64,000 nt of DNA from an uncultured delta proteobacterium (GTDB lineage Bacteria > Desulfobacterota > BSN033 > UBA1163): contig CAWHBU010000007.1 of NCBI GenBank assembly GCA_963827685.1, positions 1 to 64,000 of the forward strand. The letters are read 5' to 3'. Shown one piece after another: positions 1-9,885 of this stretch; positions within the stretch are counted from its first letter, which is position 1, and every line of letters begins with the position of its first letter. Under the pieces are notes generated by a model. The model was not told the origin of the DNA. It did not search any database and saw only the letters and a list, made by a program, of their open reading frames with translations. Made by a program: the position numbers and the translations under genes.

Positions 1-18
1 ATAGGAGAAAGGTTATAT

Positions 19-240
19 CTATATTTTTTGAAGTCTTTCAGCGATCCAAACCTTAATAATCGATTGCCGCGTTACTCCAAGTCGGCATGCTTCTTTATCC
101 AAAGATTCGATCATCCATTTGGGTAAATCCACATTCACCCTTCTCTGGTCACGGCCAGGTCTGGATGCACGAGACAGGTCCAAGTATTTCGAAATATCTT
201 CCCCCTTATCAAACTTCTTATCCAGTTCTTTAGCTTTCAT
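19..240 (-). CDS. CopG/BrnA-like ribbon-helix-helix antitoxin
   Basis: 73 aa; RRVNVDLP..MIESLDKEA..LGVTRQSIIKVWIAERL RHH pattern; overlaps the end of a BrnT-type gene. Confidence 0.85.
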   Translation of the reverse strand: MKAKELDKKFDKGEDISKYLDLSRASRPGRDQRRVNVDLPKWMIESLDKEACRLGVTRQSIIKVWIAERLQKI

Positions 241-490
241 AAAATTCTATCTCCTCTTTACGCGATCGCCGCACAGATATGATCCTTATCTTATTCTCCC
301 TGTAGGCTACGATAACTGACCAATGTTTCTCACCAATTTTACCAATCACTACGTACCTGGGTTCATCCTCAGTTTTTGCCGGGATTTCTATTCTTTTAGG
401 ATCGTCCCAAAGAAATTGGGCCTCCACGAAATCAATCCCGTGTTTTTCTTTGTTCCTTTTACTTTTAGTTTCATCGTATTCAAATTCCAT
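230..490 (-). CDS. BrnT-family toxin
   Basis: MEFEYDETKSKRNKEKHGIDF...IRIISVRRSR is typical of the BrnT family. Confidence 0.9.
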   Translation of the reverse strand: MEFEYDETKSKRNKEKHGIDFVEAQFLWDDPKRIEIPAKTEDEPRYVVIGKIGEKHWSVIVAYRENKIRIISVRRSRKEEIEFYES

Positions 491-582
491 AATTGTATAA
501 TAAATATACCATTTTTATCCTATTTGTCAATACTTCTGATCTGTTTTTTTTCATCACTTTCGGGAGTGAAGGGTATGAAGAA

Positions 583-1072
583 CTATTTAAGGGAGGAATG
601 GATATTACCCAGTCGCTTCTTAGCATCGGGGTATTGCTGAAAATACCATGGAGTTTATAGCAGGGATATTCACCACAATACCCACAGTTCATAATCTCTT
701 TTTCTTTCCCACACTTTCTTATTCCACAGACCTTGCAGTGAAGCTCCTCAAGTGTTCGCGCTGGACTCTTCACAACTTGGGCGAAACCCGCCGAAGCATA
801 TTCACCTTCGCTGAATTTTCGGTGGTTATCTTTTTAGCATTCATCATCGCCCTTTCAGACGGGTCCTCTTGCGCAGGCGAGTAATTGGAAAGCCGCCCTC
901 CATCAGATTGACAACCATCACAATTAATATCTTCAGGCTTGATCTCCACTTTAAATAACTTGGACCATTCTTGGGCCACCGTTGCTCTTTTTTGATCATC
1001 ATTCTCTTTGGTTGCCAAGAAGGCCCCACATTCATGACAGATTAACCCACAAAACGCAATCATCTCATTCAA
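583..1072 (-). pseudogene. DUF3795 (Cys-rich) gene broken by a 143-bp insertion and a frameshift
   Basis: IAFCGLICHECGAF..CDGC..NY stops at ~881 and resumes as CKVCGIRKC..NCGYCGEYPC at ~737; a 1-nt shift near 630 restores PDAKKRL..stop at 583. Confidence 0.75.
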
Positions 1073-1231
1073 ATCTGAGCTCTATGCTGTTATATTGCAA
1101 TAGCTAAGCTCGAAATTCCAGAAGCATGATTTAAACTTATTTATTCAACATCCAAATTTGTTCCCATTTCAATATAGCTTTTTCTAGGTTTTAGTGTTGA
1201 CAATAGGCACACAATGTGATAATTTGTAAAT

Positions 1232-1510
1232 ATGAAATACTTCTCATGGGATATTGAGAAGAATGAAAAGCTCAAGGCGGAGCGGAATATATCCTTTGAG
1301 GAGATCGTCTTTTATATTGAAAGGGGACAAGTTCTTGACATTCTGGAACACCCGAATAAGAAAAAATATCCAAACCAATTCATATTTGTAATCCCAGTCG
1401 AAGATTATGTATATCTGGTCCCTTTTGTTGAAGGAGAGAACGAAATCATCTTAAGAACCATTATTCCAAGCCGGAGGGCAACTAAACACTATTTGAGAGG
1501 AGATGATTAA
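1232..1510 (+). CDS. BrnT-like toxin
   Basis: YFSWDIEKNEKLKAERNISFEEIV...LRTIIPSRRATK. Confidence 0.85.
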   Translation: MKYFSWDIEKNEKLKAERNISFEEIVFYIERGQVLDILEHPNKKKYPNQFIFVIPVEDYVYLVPFVEGENEIILRTIIPSRRATKHYLRGDD

Positions 1511-1775
1511 AATGTCAAGAATGACGAAAGAAGAAAAGAACCTACTTGATTCCTATGAAAAAGGGGAATGGAAGTCAGCCAAGAATTTAAAAACAGAGAT
1601 CAATCGTTATCAGAAAATTGCCCAAGCAACCATAAGAAAAGATAAGAGGATTAATATTCGAATTGCAAACAAAGATTTGGAAGAAATTCAGAAAAAAGCG
1701 CTTGAAGAAGGGATTCCTTACCAAACGCTCATCTCAAGCATTCTCCATAAATATGCCTCAGGCCGTTTAGCTTGA
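1503..1775 (+). CDS. Antitoxin (CopG-like RHH)
   Basis: KDKRINIRI..DLEEIQKKALEEGIPYQTLISSILHKY; overlaps the toxin stop. Confidence 0.85.
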   Translation: MIKMSRMTKEEKNLLDSYEKGEWKSAKNLKTEINRYQKIAQATIRKDKRINIRIANKDLEEIQKKALEEGIPYQTLISSILHKYASGRLA

Positions 1776-1848
1776 GGAGTTTTTGGCTCCCTAATCCAAT
1801 AACAACGACCTGACACCAGGTTTCCATCCCTTTCTGCTATCGTTAAAA

Positions 1849-1900
1849 AGGCTCCACATTCATGACAACCCAACCCACAAACCGCTATCATCTCTTTCAA
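1849..1900 (-). pseudogene. Truncated second copy of the DUF3795 5' end
   Basis: MKEMIAVCGLGCHECGAFL matches the start of the 1072 ORF, then diverges. Confidence 0.7.
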
Positions 1901-1961
1901 GTCAGTTCTCCCATATTGTTATATTGCAAGACCTCGCCCCCCTACCTCCTTTTAGCTTCTT

Positions 1962-4445
1962 CTACCTAGTGACCTCCCTTTTTTGCATCGCCCGCCTTTC
2001 TTGTTTCAGCGCTGACAACTGGGATTTCTTAAAGTCAGTTTCTAGCAACGCTTCAATCTGATTCTTAAGAACTAAACTTGCCCAAATTTCATCCAGCAGA
2101 CGTCGACAACATTCGACTGACCACCGTTCCTCGATAGAGATGAGATAGTTAAAAAAACGTTTTGCTCTTTCGATCCTATGTCGAACTTTATCGTACCTTG
2201 CGGCAGTCTCAATCTGTCTCGTAATTGTACATAGTTCTTCCCATGCTGAATCATCATAGATATAAGAATCTGTAACACAGAGATCAAAATATGCAAAAGA
2301 GGTTGATAACTCACGTAAAAGATATGCTGCAAATCTGGTAGGAAGAAGCCGAGAATCCTCAGAAAATGGCAAGCCGTCAGCGGTTCTTAAGACACGATAA
2401 TCGTATAACTTTGACAAAACCGTAGTTAAATCCGCCTCCGCAACCCCCACTCTATGGAGTTCTTCGATCAATGACTGGACATAAGCCCCATCGAAAACCC
2501 CCAACTCTGACTTCGACACAAACCAATGAGTTATTTGCAATCTAAGTAGCTGTAGGTAAGGAATATCGAGCTTTGAGTCAAAGATATTCGGTACAAGAGA
2601 TTCCTCTTCCCTATAGTACTTGCGTTGCCCGAGGATCGCTCCTCGAAAAACCTCATGTTGCGGAAAACGATATTCCCCGTCAGTTATAAAAGATGCAAGT
2701 GCAAGATCCGCAGAGGTATGAGCGCTAGCTAAGAATTCTCTAACTAATGAAAGACCCCGCCTTATATCACCACCTGAAAGCATCTCAAGCATGAAACCCG
2801 TATTCTCCTCTAAAACAGAGCTAGATACAATTTCAAAGAAAACACTTAGATCGTCGACTTTTAATCTTATCCCAGTTTCAGTTGTAAATTCAGCAGCCTT
2901 CCCACTTAAAACACGCTTGGCATATAAGAAACGCCTAGAGAGAACCGGAAGTACTTGTGGGGGGTCAATGTAAACTGAATCAAACTGGAAAGCATCAAAG
3001 GCCGGTGATGTTCGATTGCGAAGGTATGTTGATTCTCGAAGTGACATGATTGAGTTAAGATTCATTTTACGTGCAGCTGCCTGTGCTTCCACAAAGACAG
3101 ACCTTTGGAACTCGTCATGTTCAATCTGATCAACATTATCGACAATTAAAAATCCTGGATAGGTTTTTGTTGCATGCTTTATAATCGTCACAACATACGG
3201 GTCAACTGCTTCATGATCCCTTAATATTGTTTCAGCCACATATTTCTCGAAAGCAACTTTGTCAGCTTTCGCCAGTAAATATAATGGCCCCCTACGTAAT
3301 TTCTCAATCATCTCCGCATAAGCAGGTTGAACCGAAGTTTCCCAATCCCCAAGGCGAAAACTCTCTTCTTTTTCTATGAAATCTAAGATTTCCTTGTATA
3401 AAAAAGTTCGGGGGTTATCAGAGATTGTTGCTTTTTTGAAGTCTACATATATCCATAAGATTTTCCCCTCGATTAGTTCTGCAGCAGAGACCTTCCGTGT
3501 ATAGTACAGAAATGTTGTTTTCCCAGCCCCGACAGGCCCTAAAATGACAATGAAACGTGGAGCGATGTTTGTTGCTTCTTCAAGTTGCCTATCTAAGTAC
3601 TTGCTGGATTTTTTAAACCGAACACGAATTGTAGAATGGTCAAGTGGTGGTTTCGCATCAGTTAAGTATATCTGGAGTCTTGAGTCATACTTGATTCGTT
3701 CACTACTTTTAACATAGCATGCTTTGAGCCCTTGCACATCATTCAGCAGTGTCTCATCCATAAAAGATGCTGCTACTGCGGGTTCTATAAGAGGGAATAT
3801 TGCATTACGGCCTAAACGGTAACCATAATCGCTAACAAGACTTATCAATCTCCTTTTACTCGACTCTCGCGGTATTCCAAAAAGAAGATTTTCAAGATTA
3901 CCCTCAATTACCCTTTGGCGTGAAAGTAGCTCCCAAAATTCAACTAAATGTTCCTTTATTGTATAAAGGTCCCGGAAAATTTTTGCTTGAGTTTCTTCGA
4001 ATGTCACTTGATCAGTTCGAATAGCAGGAAATATAATCCAGGCGCTACCATTGGTTGCGACAGCAAATGGAATTGACTTTTGCCTTGAGTAATCTCTAAC
4101 CTGACGAATAGCTTTGCCTACTTCACCCTCGCTAAGTACACCACCAAGCTTTGCAGACTTGTATGAAGGTAACTCGAAAGTTGTACCTGCTTTCTTTGCC
4201 TCAACAACAATGGCTGTCGTTGCTGTTCTTAGAATGTAATCGGCGAAACTAGTCTTACCGTCTTCTGAGCATCGTTCTTCAACTGATATATCTTCAAGTC
4301 TCCATCCCAATACGGATCTTAAAATCTCATCGATAACCTTAAGACGCGTTTCCGCTTCATTCGCATCACTTAGCTTTAGGTTGGAATATGCTAGGACAAT
4401 CTTATCGATGACCGCATGTCCTTTATCAATGTGCAACTCTTCCAT
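1962..4445 (-). CDS. HsdR_N-like PD-(D/E)xK nuclease fused to a P-loop ATPase; candidate defence protein
   Basis: EAETRLKVID..ADYIL..VVEAKK..ATNG nuclease motifs; Walker A GPVGAGKTT; Walker B LIVDNVD; AT-richer than neighbours. Confidence 0.75.
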   Translation of the reverse strand: MEELHIDKGHAVIDKIVLAYSNLKLSDANEAETRLKVIDEILRSVLGWRLEDISVEERCSEDGKTSFADYILRTATTAIVVEAKKAGTTFELPSYKSAKLGGVLSEGEVGKAIRQVRDYSRQKSIPFAVATNGSAWIIFPAIRTDQVTFEETQAKIFRDLYTIKEHLVEFWELLSRQRVIEGNLENLLFGIPRESSKRRLISLVSDYGYRLGRNAIFPLIEPAVAASFMDETLLNDVQGLKACYVKSSERIKYDSRLQIYLTDAKPPLDHSTIRVRFKKSSKYLDRQLEEATNIAPRFIVILGPVGAGKTTFLYYTRKVSAAELIEGKILWIYVDFKKATISDNPRTFLYKEILDFIEKEESFRLGDWETSVQPAYAEMIEKLRRGPLYLLAKADKVAFEKYVAETILRDHEAVDPYVVTIIKHATKTYPGFLIVDNVDQIEHDEFQRSVFVEAQAAARKMNLNSIMSLRESTYLRNRTSPAFDAFQFDSVYIDPPQVLPVLSRRFLYAKRVLSGKAAEFTTETGIRLKVDDLSVFFEIVSSSVLEENTGFMLEMLSGGDIRRGLSLVREFLASAHTSADLALASFITDGEYRFPQHEVFRGAILGQRKYYREEESLVPNIFDSKLDIPYLQLLRLQITHWFVSKSELGVFDGAYVQSLIEELHRVGVAEADLTTVLSKLYDYRVLRTADGLPFSEDSRLLPTRFAAYLLRELSTSFAYFDLCVTDSYIYDDSAWEELCTITRQIETAARYDKVRHRIERAKRFFNYLISIEERWSVECCRRLLDEIWASLVLKNQIEALLETDFKKSQLSALKQERRAMQKREVTR

Positions 4446-4755
4446 TCACTCCCCCTTTTTGAAAACATAAAATTATTTTAAATTGTTAAGAAGACAGAAT
4501 TTGAGTCACCCATTTAAAAGTTCTAAATCCATTCCGATAAATAATGCCCCTAAGATTCCCTGGTTCTCCTCAGCTTCTCTTTGATGCACAGAATATACCA
4601 CGGGTGGGGTTATGTCAACTTTAAAAGGCAGAGAGCATAGCGCATAGAGCATAGAGTAATTTCTAAATCGTAAAGCGTGAGGAGGAATTTGGAACGGTGG
4701 GATGATCGCCACTTCATACTTCCACAAACGGCAGGGTTCTCCGTTCCTACCTGCT

Positions 4756-5667
4756 TCACCTCCTTCCTGCTGCGGTTCTCAATTCCGGCCAGATAGCGAT
4801 GAGGCTACCCGCCAGGATCAGGCCGCCGCCGATAAAATGCTGCGCCCCGAGGGATTCTCCGAGCAGAGTCACCCCTAATATCGATCCGTAAACGGGGAGC
4901 ATATTATAGAATACCATTGCCCGGTTCGGCCCGACCCGGCGCACCCCTTCATTCCATGACAGGAAGGCAGCGCCCGAAGGGAAAATACCGATGTAAACAA
5001 CTGCCAGCAGGAGGTGCCAGCTCCAGCTGATTGGTTCAGGCTGCCACCCCACGGCTGCTGCTCCGAGGAAAAGGGGGAGGGCCATCCACGTGGAGATGGC
5101 CGTTACCGAAAAAACAGAGTGCGATCGCGTCGCCCAACGGCTGATCACCGAGTAAAGCCCCCAGAGCACAACAGCAAGAAGGATGTATAGATCACCGACA
5201 TTGACATGCCACTGCTGGAGCCTTTGGAATGAGCCTCCACTGACGATCAGCGTCACGCCAAAGAACGATATCAATCCACCCAGAACATGACGAGGGAACA
5301 ATCGCTCCTTTAGCAGGATCGCAGCCAGGACCGCCGTCATGAGCGGACCAGTGGCGTTAATCAGCACGGCATCTGTTGCCGTCGTGAGTTGAAGACCCCG
5401 ATACAGAAGGACGGGAAATCCCAGCACCCCTGTCAGTGCCATGGCTGTTAGCAAAGCCCAGTGCCGAGGGAGCAGTCGCTCCTTGACGGCAGAACGGCCC
5501 AAAATCACCGCATAGAACAGAGAGGCCACCACAAAACGGGAGACCGTCAGCATCAAAGGTCCGACCTCCTCCCGAAGGGTCCTTCCCAGCACAAAATTAC
5601 TAGCCCACATCAGGCAAGACAAATTGACGAAGACATAGGCCCATCGCGGATCTTCTTTCCAATTCAT
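4756..5667 (-). CDS. EamA/DMT family transporter
   Basis: ~10 hydrophobic segments; WASNFVLGR and LGE motifs; likely start MNWKED at 5667. Confidence 0.9.
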   Translation of the reverse strand: MNWKEDPRWAYVFVNLSCLMWASNFVLGRTLREEVGPLMLTVSRFVVASLFYAVILGRSAVKERLLPRHWALLTAMALTGVLGFPVLLYRGLQLTTATDAVLINATGPLMTAVLAAILLKERLFPRHVLGGLISFFGVTLIVSGGSFQRLQQWHVNVGDLYILLAVVLWGLYSVISRWATRSHSVFSVTAISTWMALPLFLGAAAVGWQPEPISWSWHLLLAVVYIGIFPSGAAFLSWNEGVRRVGPNRAMVFYNMLPVYGSILGVTLLGESLGAQHFIGGGLILAGSLIAIWPELRTAAGRR

Positions 5668-5798
5668 AGTCACCTTCAAGGAGGCCAAGGCATGAGGCCG
5701 AACGGGATAACTTCTTTTATCGGCGGCAAAAGGTCGTCCGTTGGACATCAAGGTTGAACAATTTCAAAAGCTCGCTTGTTCGGTGTGAAAATTAACCT

Positions 5799-6902
5799 CT
5801 ACGCCTCGCTGATCCGGAGCACAGGCTTGATGGTGTCGCCGTCCTTAGCATCGGCAATCGCCCGGTTGATGTCGCTGAATTCATAGAATTTCACAAGGCG
5901 GTCAAAGGGAAACTTTCCTGCCTGGTACAGCTCGATCAGTTCAGGTATGAAATGTTGCGGCACGGCGTCACCCTGAATGATGCCGAGGGTTTTCCGTCCC
6001 TGTGGCAGTGAATCCGTGCCTCTTTCTCCGGTGAGCAGCGCCACAACACCATGCGGATTCAAAACAGCAATGGCGAGTTGGTGCATCTTTGGGTTGCCAG
6101 TGGTTTCCACCACGTAATCCACCCCTCTACCGGTGATATCGGTGATGCGGGCAGCAACGTCTTGGTGCCGATTGTCAATCGCATGGGTGGCGCCTAATTT
6201 CAGGGCAAGTTTCAGGCGCTTGGGTTTAATGTCGACACCGATGATCGGGTCGGCGCCAACGAGGCGGGCTGCCATGACGGCTGCCAAGCCGACCGCTCCG
6301 GTACCGAAGACGGCGATGCTTGCCTTGTGTGAAGCCTTAAGCGAGTTTATCACGGTGCCGGCTCCGGTCTGCAGGCCGCAGCCCAGGGGAGCCAAAAGCT
6401 CAAGAGGAAGGTCTTTGGAAACCTTGACGAGGTTGCGTTCCGTTGCCAAAGAGTGGGTGGCGAACGAAGACTGACCGAAGAAGTGTCCACGCACGCCGCT
6501 GCGCTGCAAACCATTGCTGCCGTCCAAGCGCTGAAAGCCGAAGTTCGCCTCATAGAACCGCTTGCAATGCGCGGGGCGTCCGCTCCGGCATTGATGGCAG
6601 TGGCCACAAGACTGATAAGAGAGCACGACATGATCGCCAGCTTTGACACTCTTCACATCCTTACCTATCCGCTCTATCACGCCCGCCCCCTCATGACCCA
6701 GCACCACTGCACCGTCAGTCTCGTCCCAGTCGTCGCAGAAGTCTATATCGGTACGGCAGATGCCCGAGGCGACGAGGCGAACCAAGACTTCATCGTCCCG
6801 TGGATCCTCCATCTCTATGGACTCGATCTTCAAAGGGCCGCCTTTCTTGCGCAGAACGGCCGCCTGAATCTTGTACACTTGCCCGTCAAAATGATGATCC
6901 AT
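5799..6902 (-). CDS. Zn-dependent NAD(P) alcohol dehydrogenase (aryl-alcohol dehydrogenase-like)
   Basis: GICRTD, GHEGAG, CxxCxxC, PLGCGLQTGAG, GTGAVG. Confidence 0.9.
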   Translation of the reverse strand: MDHHFDGQVYKIQAAVLRKKGGPLKIESIEMEDPRDDEVLVRLVASGICRTDIDFCDDWDETDGAVVLGHEGAGVIERIGKDVKSVKAGDHVVLSYQSCGHCHQCRSGRPAHCKRFYEANFGFQRLDGSNGLQRSGVRGHFFGQSSFATHSLATERNLVKVSKDLPLELLAPLGCGLQTGAGTVINSLKASHKASIAVFGTGAVGLAAVMAARLVGADPIIGVDIKPKRLKLALKLGATHAIDNRHQDVAARITDITGRGVDYVVETTGNPKMHQLAIAVLNPHGVVALLTGERGTDSLPQGRKTLGIIQGDAVPQHFIPELIELYQAGKFPFDRLVKFYEFSDINRAIADAKDGDTIKPVLRISEA

Positions 6903-7084
6903 TGTTCAACTCCTCTGTCCCCGCCGTTTGCGGCAAGAAGGCTTGCTGCATGGGTAGAACGCAACCGCTTTGTTCCAGCATAAAGGTGCAGATCAGACTA
7001 AATTTTACACCTTTCATCATACAGACTTCAACCAGATGACATTCTCAAGAATTCTACGGACACGGTAAAGAAACGAAGTCTTAA

Positions 7085-7190
7085 CTAATACAAACGCATT
7101 AAATGAAGTGAAATCACCCCCTCCCTAACCCTTCCCCCTCAAGGGGGAGGGAAGGGTGGGGGCTAACATAAATTAATGCGTTTATATCAG
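7085..7190. mobile_element. MITE-like element with terminal inverted repeats and an internal palindrome
   Basis: CTAATACAAACGCATTAA ... TTAATGCGTTTATATCAG (16/18 inverted match), flanked by TAA on both sides; internal CCCCCTCAAGGGGG. Confidence 0.65.
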
Positions 7191-7457
7191 TAAAAAGAGT
7201 GATGAAAGCTAATGAAAGAATACTGGAAGAGCGGAGTAACGAAAAGTTTTGACGAACTCTTAATAGAATATCAACATGCGCTTAGGAAAAAGGGTGACCA
7301 AATCTGGCTTACATCTATCGGTCTAAGGAATGAGTTTGACGAAGTAGAGCGCGACGAAAATAATCAGTGAAGGGAAAAAACTTCCTGCTTTAGATAAATA
7401 GTAAACAAAGTCCCCTCAATGACCACACATGGATCAGAAACTGTCAGGCATCGATGC

Positions 7458-8375
7458 CTACCGGCGCTCCTTCAATCTCTTTAGAGCAAGACGGATGCTC
7501 TCCTGCATACGGCTAAAATCATCAGCCAGGTCTTCAATCTCATCCCTCGACTTGATTCTCTCCATTTCGAAATCTACATCACCTAAACTGATACGGTCAG
7601 CAGCTGCAGACAATTTTCTTATTCTTCCTGATAACTTGTAACTGTAGATAACGACAAAGAGGCCAATGAGTACGGCTATGGCGACAAAAATAATCATAAT
7701 TGTTTGTGTTACTTTAGTTGTCAATTGGTTGGCCCGTACTTCAAGTTGCTGCATGGGCAAGGTAAATTCTCCAAGGTATGCGGTACTGGCGATATTAAAA
7801 TCAGTCCCTAGAACAGGGGTCCCGCAGGTATACTTTTCCTGTCCATCGATCCATTTATAATATCCACTCACTTCATATTCCTTACCCTGGACCTTATACC
7901 ACCGTTCGTAGTCGGGTCCCAGTCTTTTTTTCATAGCCTCGATAATGTCTATCCCAACCAACTCTTGCTTTGGATGGACCCACATGAAACTCTGCCCCTT
8001 CGCATCTTCTCTCGAAACAATTAACGTATATCCTGTTTCTCCTATTTTCTGTATGGCTATCTCTTTGAGTTTTGGATCTTGATTGAAATCCTCCCTTTTT
8101 AAATCCGGGTGAGTTTCCAGATAGAGCTTCACCTCCCTCGCCACAGCTCTTGCTTTCTCATTTACCCTTTCTTCGGCCATCTTTGTTACCAACTGAGAAC
8201 TCTCTTTAGTAATGAGGCCAGAAAGAGTTTTCATATAATTCTGGTAAAGGAAACTTGCAGCCATGAAAAGGATGATCGGGATAAATAAGAAAAGGAAGAA
8301 CATCTTAAACCGCAAGCCAAACCATCTCTTTCGGGGAGCAGACACTGCCGACTTCCCTCTTTTTATCTCAGCCAT
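7458..8375 (-). CDS. Membrane sensor protein: TM, Cache-like domain, TM, HAMP, no output domain
   Basis: Two TMs; KIGETGY..HP..LVG Cache-like pattern; IRKLSAAADRISLGD..DEIEDLADDFSRMQ HAMP at the C-terminus. Confidence 0.8.
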   Translation of the reverse strand: MAEIKRGKSAVSAPRKRWFGLRFKMFFLFLFIPIILFMAASFLYQNYMKTLSGLITKESSQLVTKMAEERVNEKARAVAREVKLYLETHPDLKREDFNQDPKLKEIAIQKIGETGYTLIVSREDAKGQSFMWVHPKQELVGIDIIEAMKKRLGPDYERWYKVQGKEYEVSGYYKWIDGQEKYTCGTPVLGTDFNIASTAYLGEFTLPMQQLEVRANQLTTKVTQTIMIIFVAIAVLIGLFVVIYSYKLSGRIRKLSAAADRISLGDVDFEMERIKSRDEIEDLADDFSRMQESIRLALKRLKERR

Positions 8376-8503
8376 AGTTAACCTCCTTTAAGATTTATTT
8401 GACGCTTTTATCATCTTGATCGTGAAATCAATGATTTCTCAACCGGTAAGTCCTTTCTAAGATTGGAAAGCTTTCACTGCCTTTAGCATCAGACTTCATA
8501 TAC

Positions 8504-8519
8504 AGCAACTTTTGTGCCA
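8504..8519 (-). promoter_or_regulatory. sigma54 (-24/-12) promoter
   Basis: TGGCAC-AAAAG-TTGCT upstream of the HAMP gene. Confidence 0.8.
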
Positions 8520-8630
8520 TAAAACCTTCCTTTAGAATTTGCGTTTTCATACTTAGGATTTTGTAAACTTTTTATCCATTTTCTCTCAAGCCAAAAGCAT
8601 TCAGTGGAGGTTTCTCCATAAAGGGCATCT

Positions 8631-9734
8631 TTATTGTAAAGATGAAGAGACTACTTCAGTTAACCCTAATCGCTTTATCGTATCCCTATGTTGTTCTAAA
8701 GAAGATTTTATTTCTGCTCCCAACTGTAAGGAAAGCCTCTTATTCTTTGGAAGTTCTTTCTGAAGGAGAATAAGTGTAGTATGCAAACATCCCAAGATAC
8801 CCTCTGTAAATTCTTTCTCCCCCGCTTCCCCTGAAAAGCGGATCGTCCCATCCTGATATTCAAATTCACCAGCAAATGGATCTAAAAAGCTAAATGTCTC
8901 CGCCTTTTCGATCAGGGATTTCTTAAAGGCCCCTATGAAGGTCCCATTCCGAGAAGCAGCATCTACTAATTTCTCTGCATTGGAAAGGGTTTCCTGAAGG
9001 ATAAGAATAACTTCTTTCAGCCGTTCCTTACCCCCTGCAAGGAGTTTACTTCCAACAACGGGCTTAGGTTCTGCCCCCGGTTTGCTTTCTGGAATAGATT
9101 TTTCTTTCTTCGAAAATTTGCCGCGACTTTTATACACATTTAGAATTGTTCCCCCCTGTTTATTCACATTTTCCAAAAATATGGGGATTGTTTTTTGACC
9201 AAAAACAGAAGGGCCGGATTCCGGAATGGTGAACATCTCAACAGGTTCTCCCCCTTCAACAAAGAGAACCCCCAAAATCTTTTTCTCTTTTGTCAGAACC
9301 TCGATGAAACCGTCATGCTTATCCTCCTTCAACTTTAAGAGGAGGCGGTCCAATCGAGTAAAATCTGTAGATAATTCTTTAAAAAGAACTTCGTGTTGAA
9401 GATGGTTGGCGATGAGTGCCACCTGCTCGGGTAGAAATCGGTACACATTGAGGACGCCATTCTTTTGATTCGAGAAAGTCAAAAAGGCTTGGATAGCTTC
9501 CTGTCCGATCATCCTTTCTGCGGTACTCTTTTCTTTTATTTCCGCGTTAAGAATCTCTCCCGAATCGATGAAAATGGCCCCCTTCTTTTCGGGAAATTCA
9601 ATTTCAAGGATACCGCTGAAGCCCTCTGATTTGAGAGCGGATAAAAGGGCGGAAAGATCGGTATAGGCCGTTAATAAATTTTGGTGTTTAACTTCACCTT
9701 TTGGAAGGATCATGGCTTTCCCCTCTTTCTCCAT
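8631..9734 (-). CDS. Hypothetical protein with tandem DUF4388/DUF2226-like domains
   Basis: Repeated L..L....FSG.LEI.....G.IF...GE pattern. Confidence 0.6.
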   Translation of the reverse strand: MEKEGKAMILPKGEVKHQNLLTAYTDLSALLSALKSEGFSGILEIEFPEKKGAIFIDSGEILNAEIKEKSTAERMIGQEAIQAFLTFSNQKNGVLNVYRFLPEQVALIANHLQHEVLFKELSTDFTRLDRLLLKLKEDKHDGFIEVLTKEKKILGVLFVEGGEPVEMFTIPESGPSVFGQKTIPIFLENVNKQGGTILNVYKSRGKFSKKEKSIPESKPGAEPKPVVGSKLLAGGKERLKEVILILQETLSNAEKLVDAASRNGTFIGAFKKSLIEKAETFSFLDPFAGEFEYQDGTIRFSGEAGEKEFTEGILGCLHTTLILLQKELPKNKRLSLQLGAEIKSSLEQHRDTIKRLGLTEVVSSSLQ

Positions 9735-9885
9735 TTTTTGACACCCTGTGTTTCTAAAACTCCCGGGGACAAAAGAGAGAGATTCTATTTACTCTTTTCT
9801 CTTCTGCAATCGTCCCTGGGTCTTTTTGGCGGATCCTCCCTCTACAAATTTCAAAATCAACTCCGTGTATACGTTAAGATTCAGC

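Noticed and set aside
1775-1850. Integron attC site after the TA pair
   Set aside because: R-box complementarity is poor, with no L boxes or integrase.
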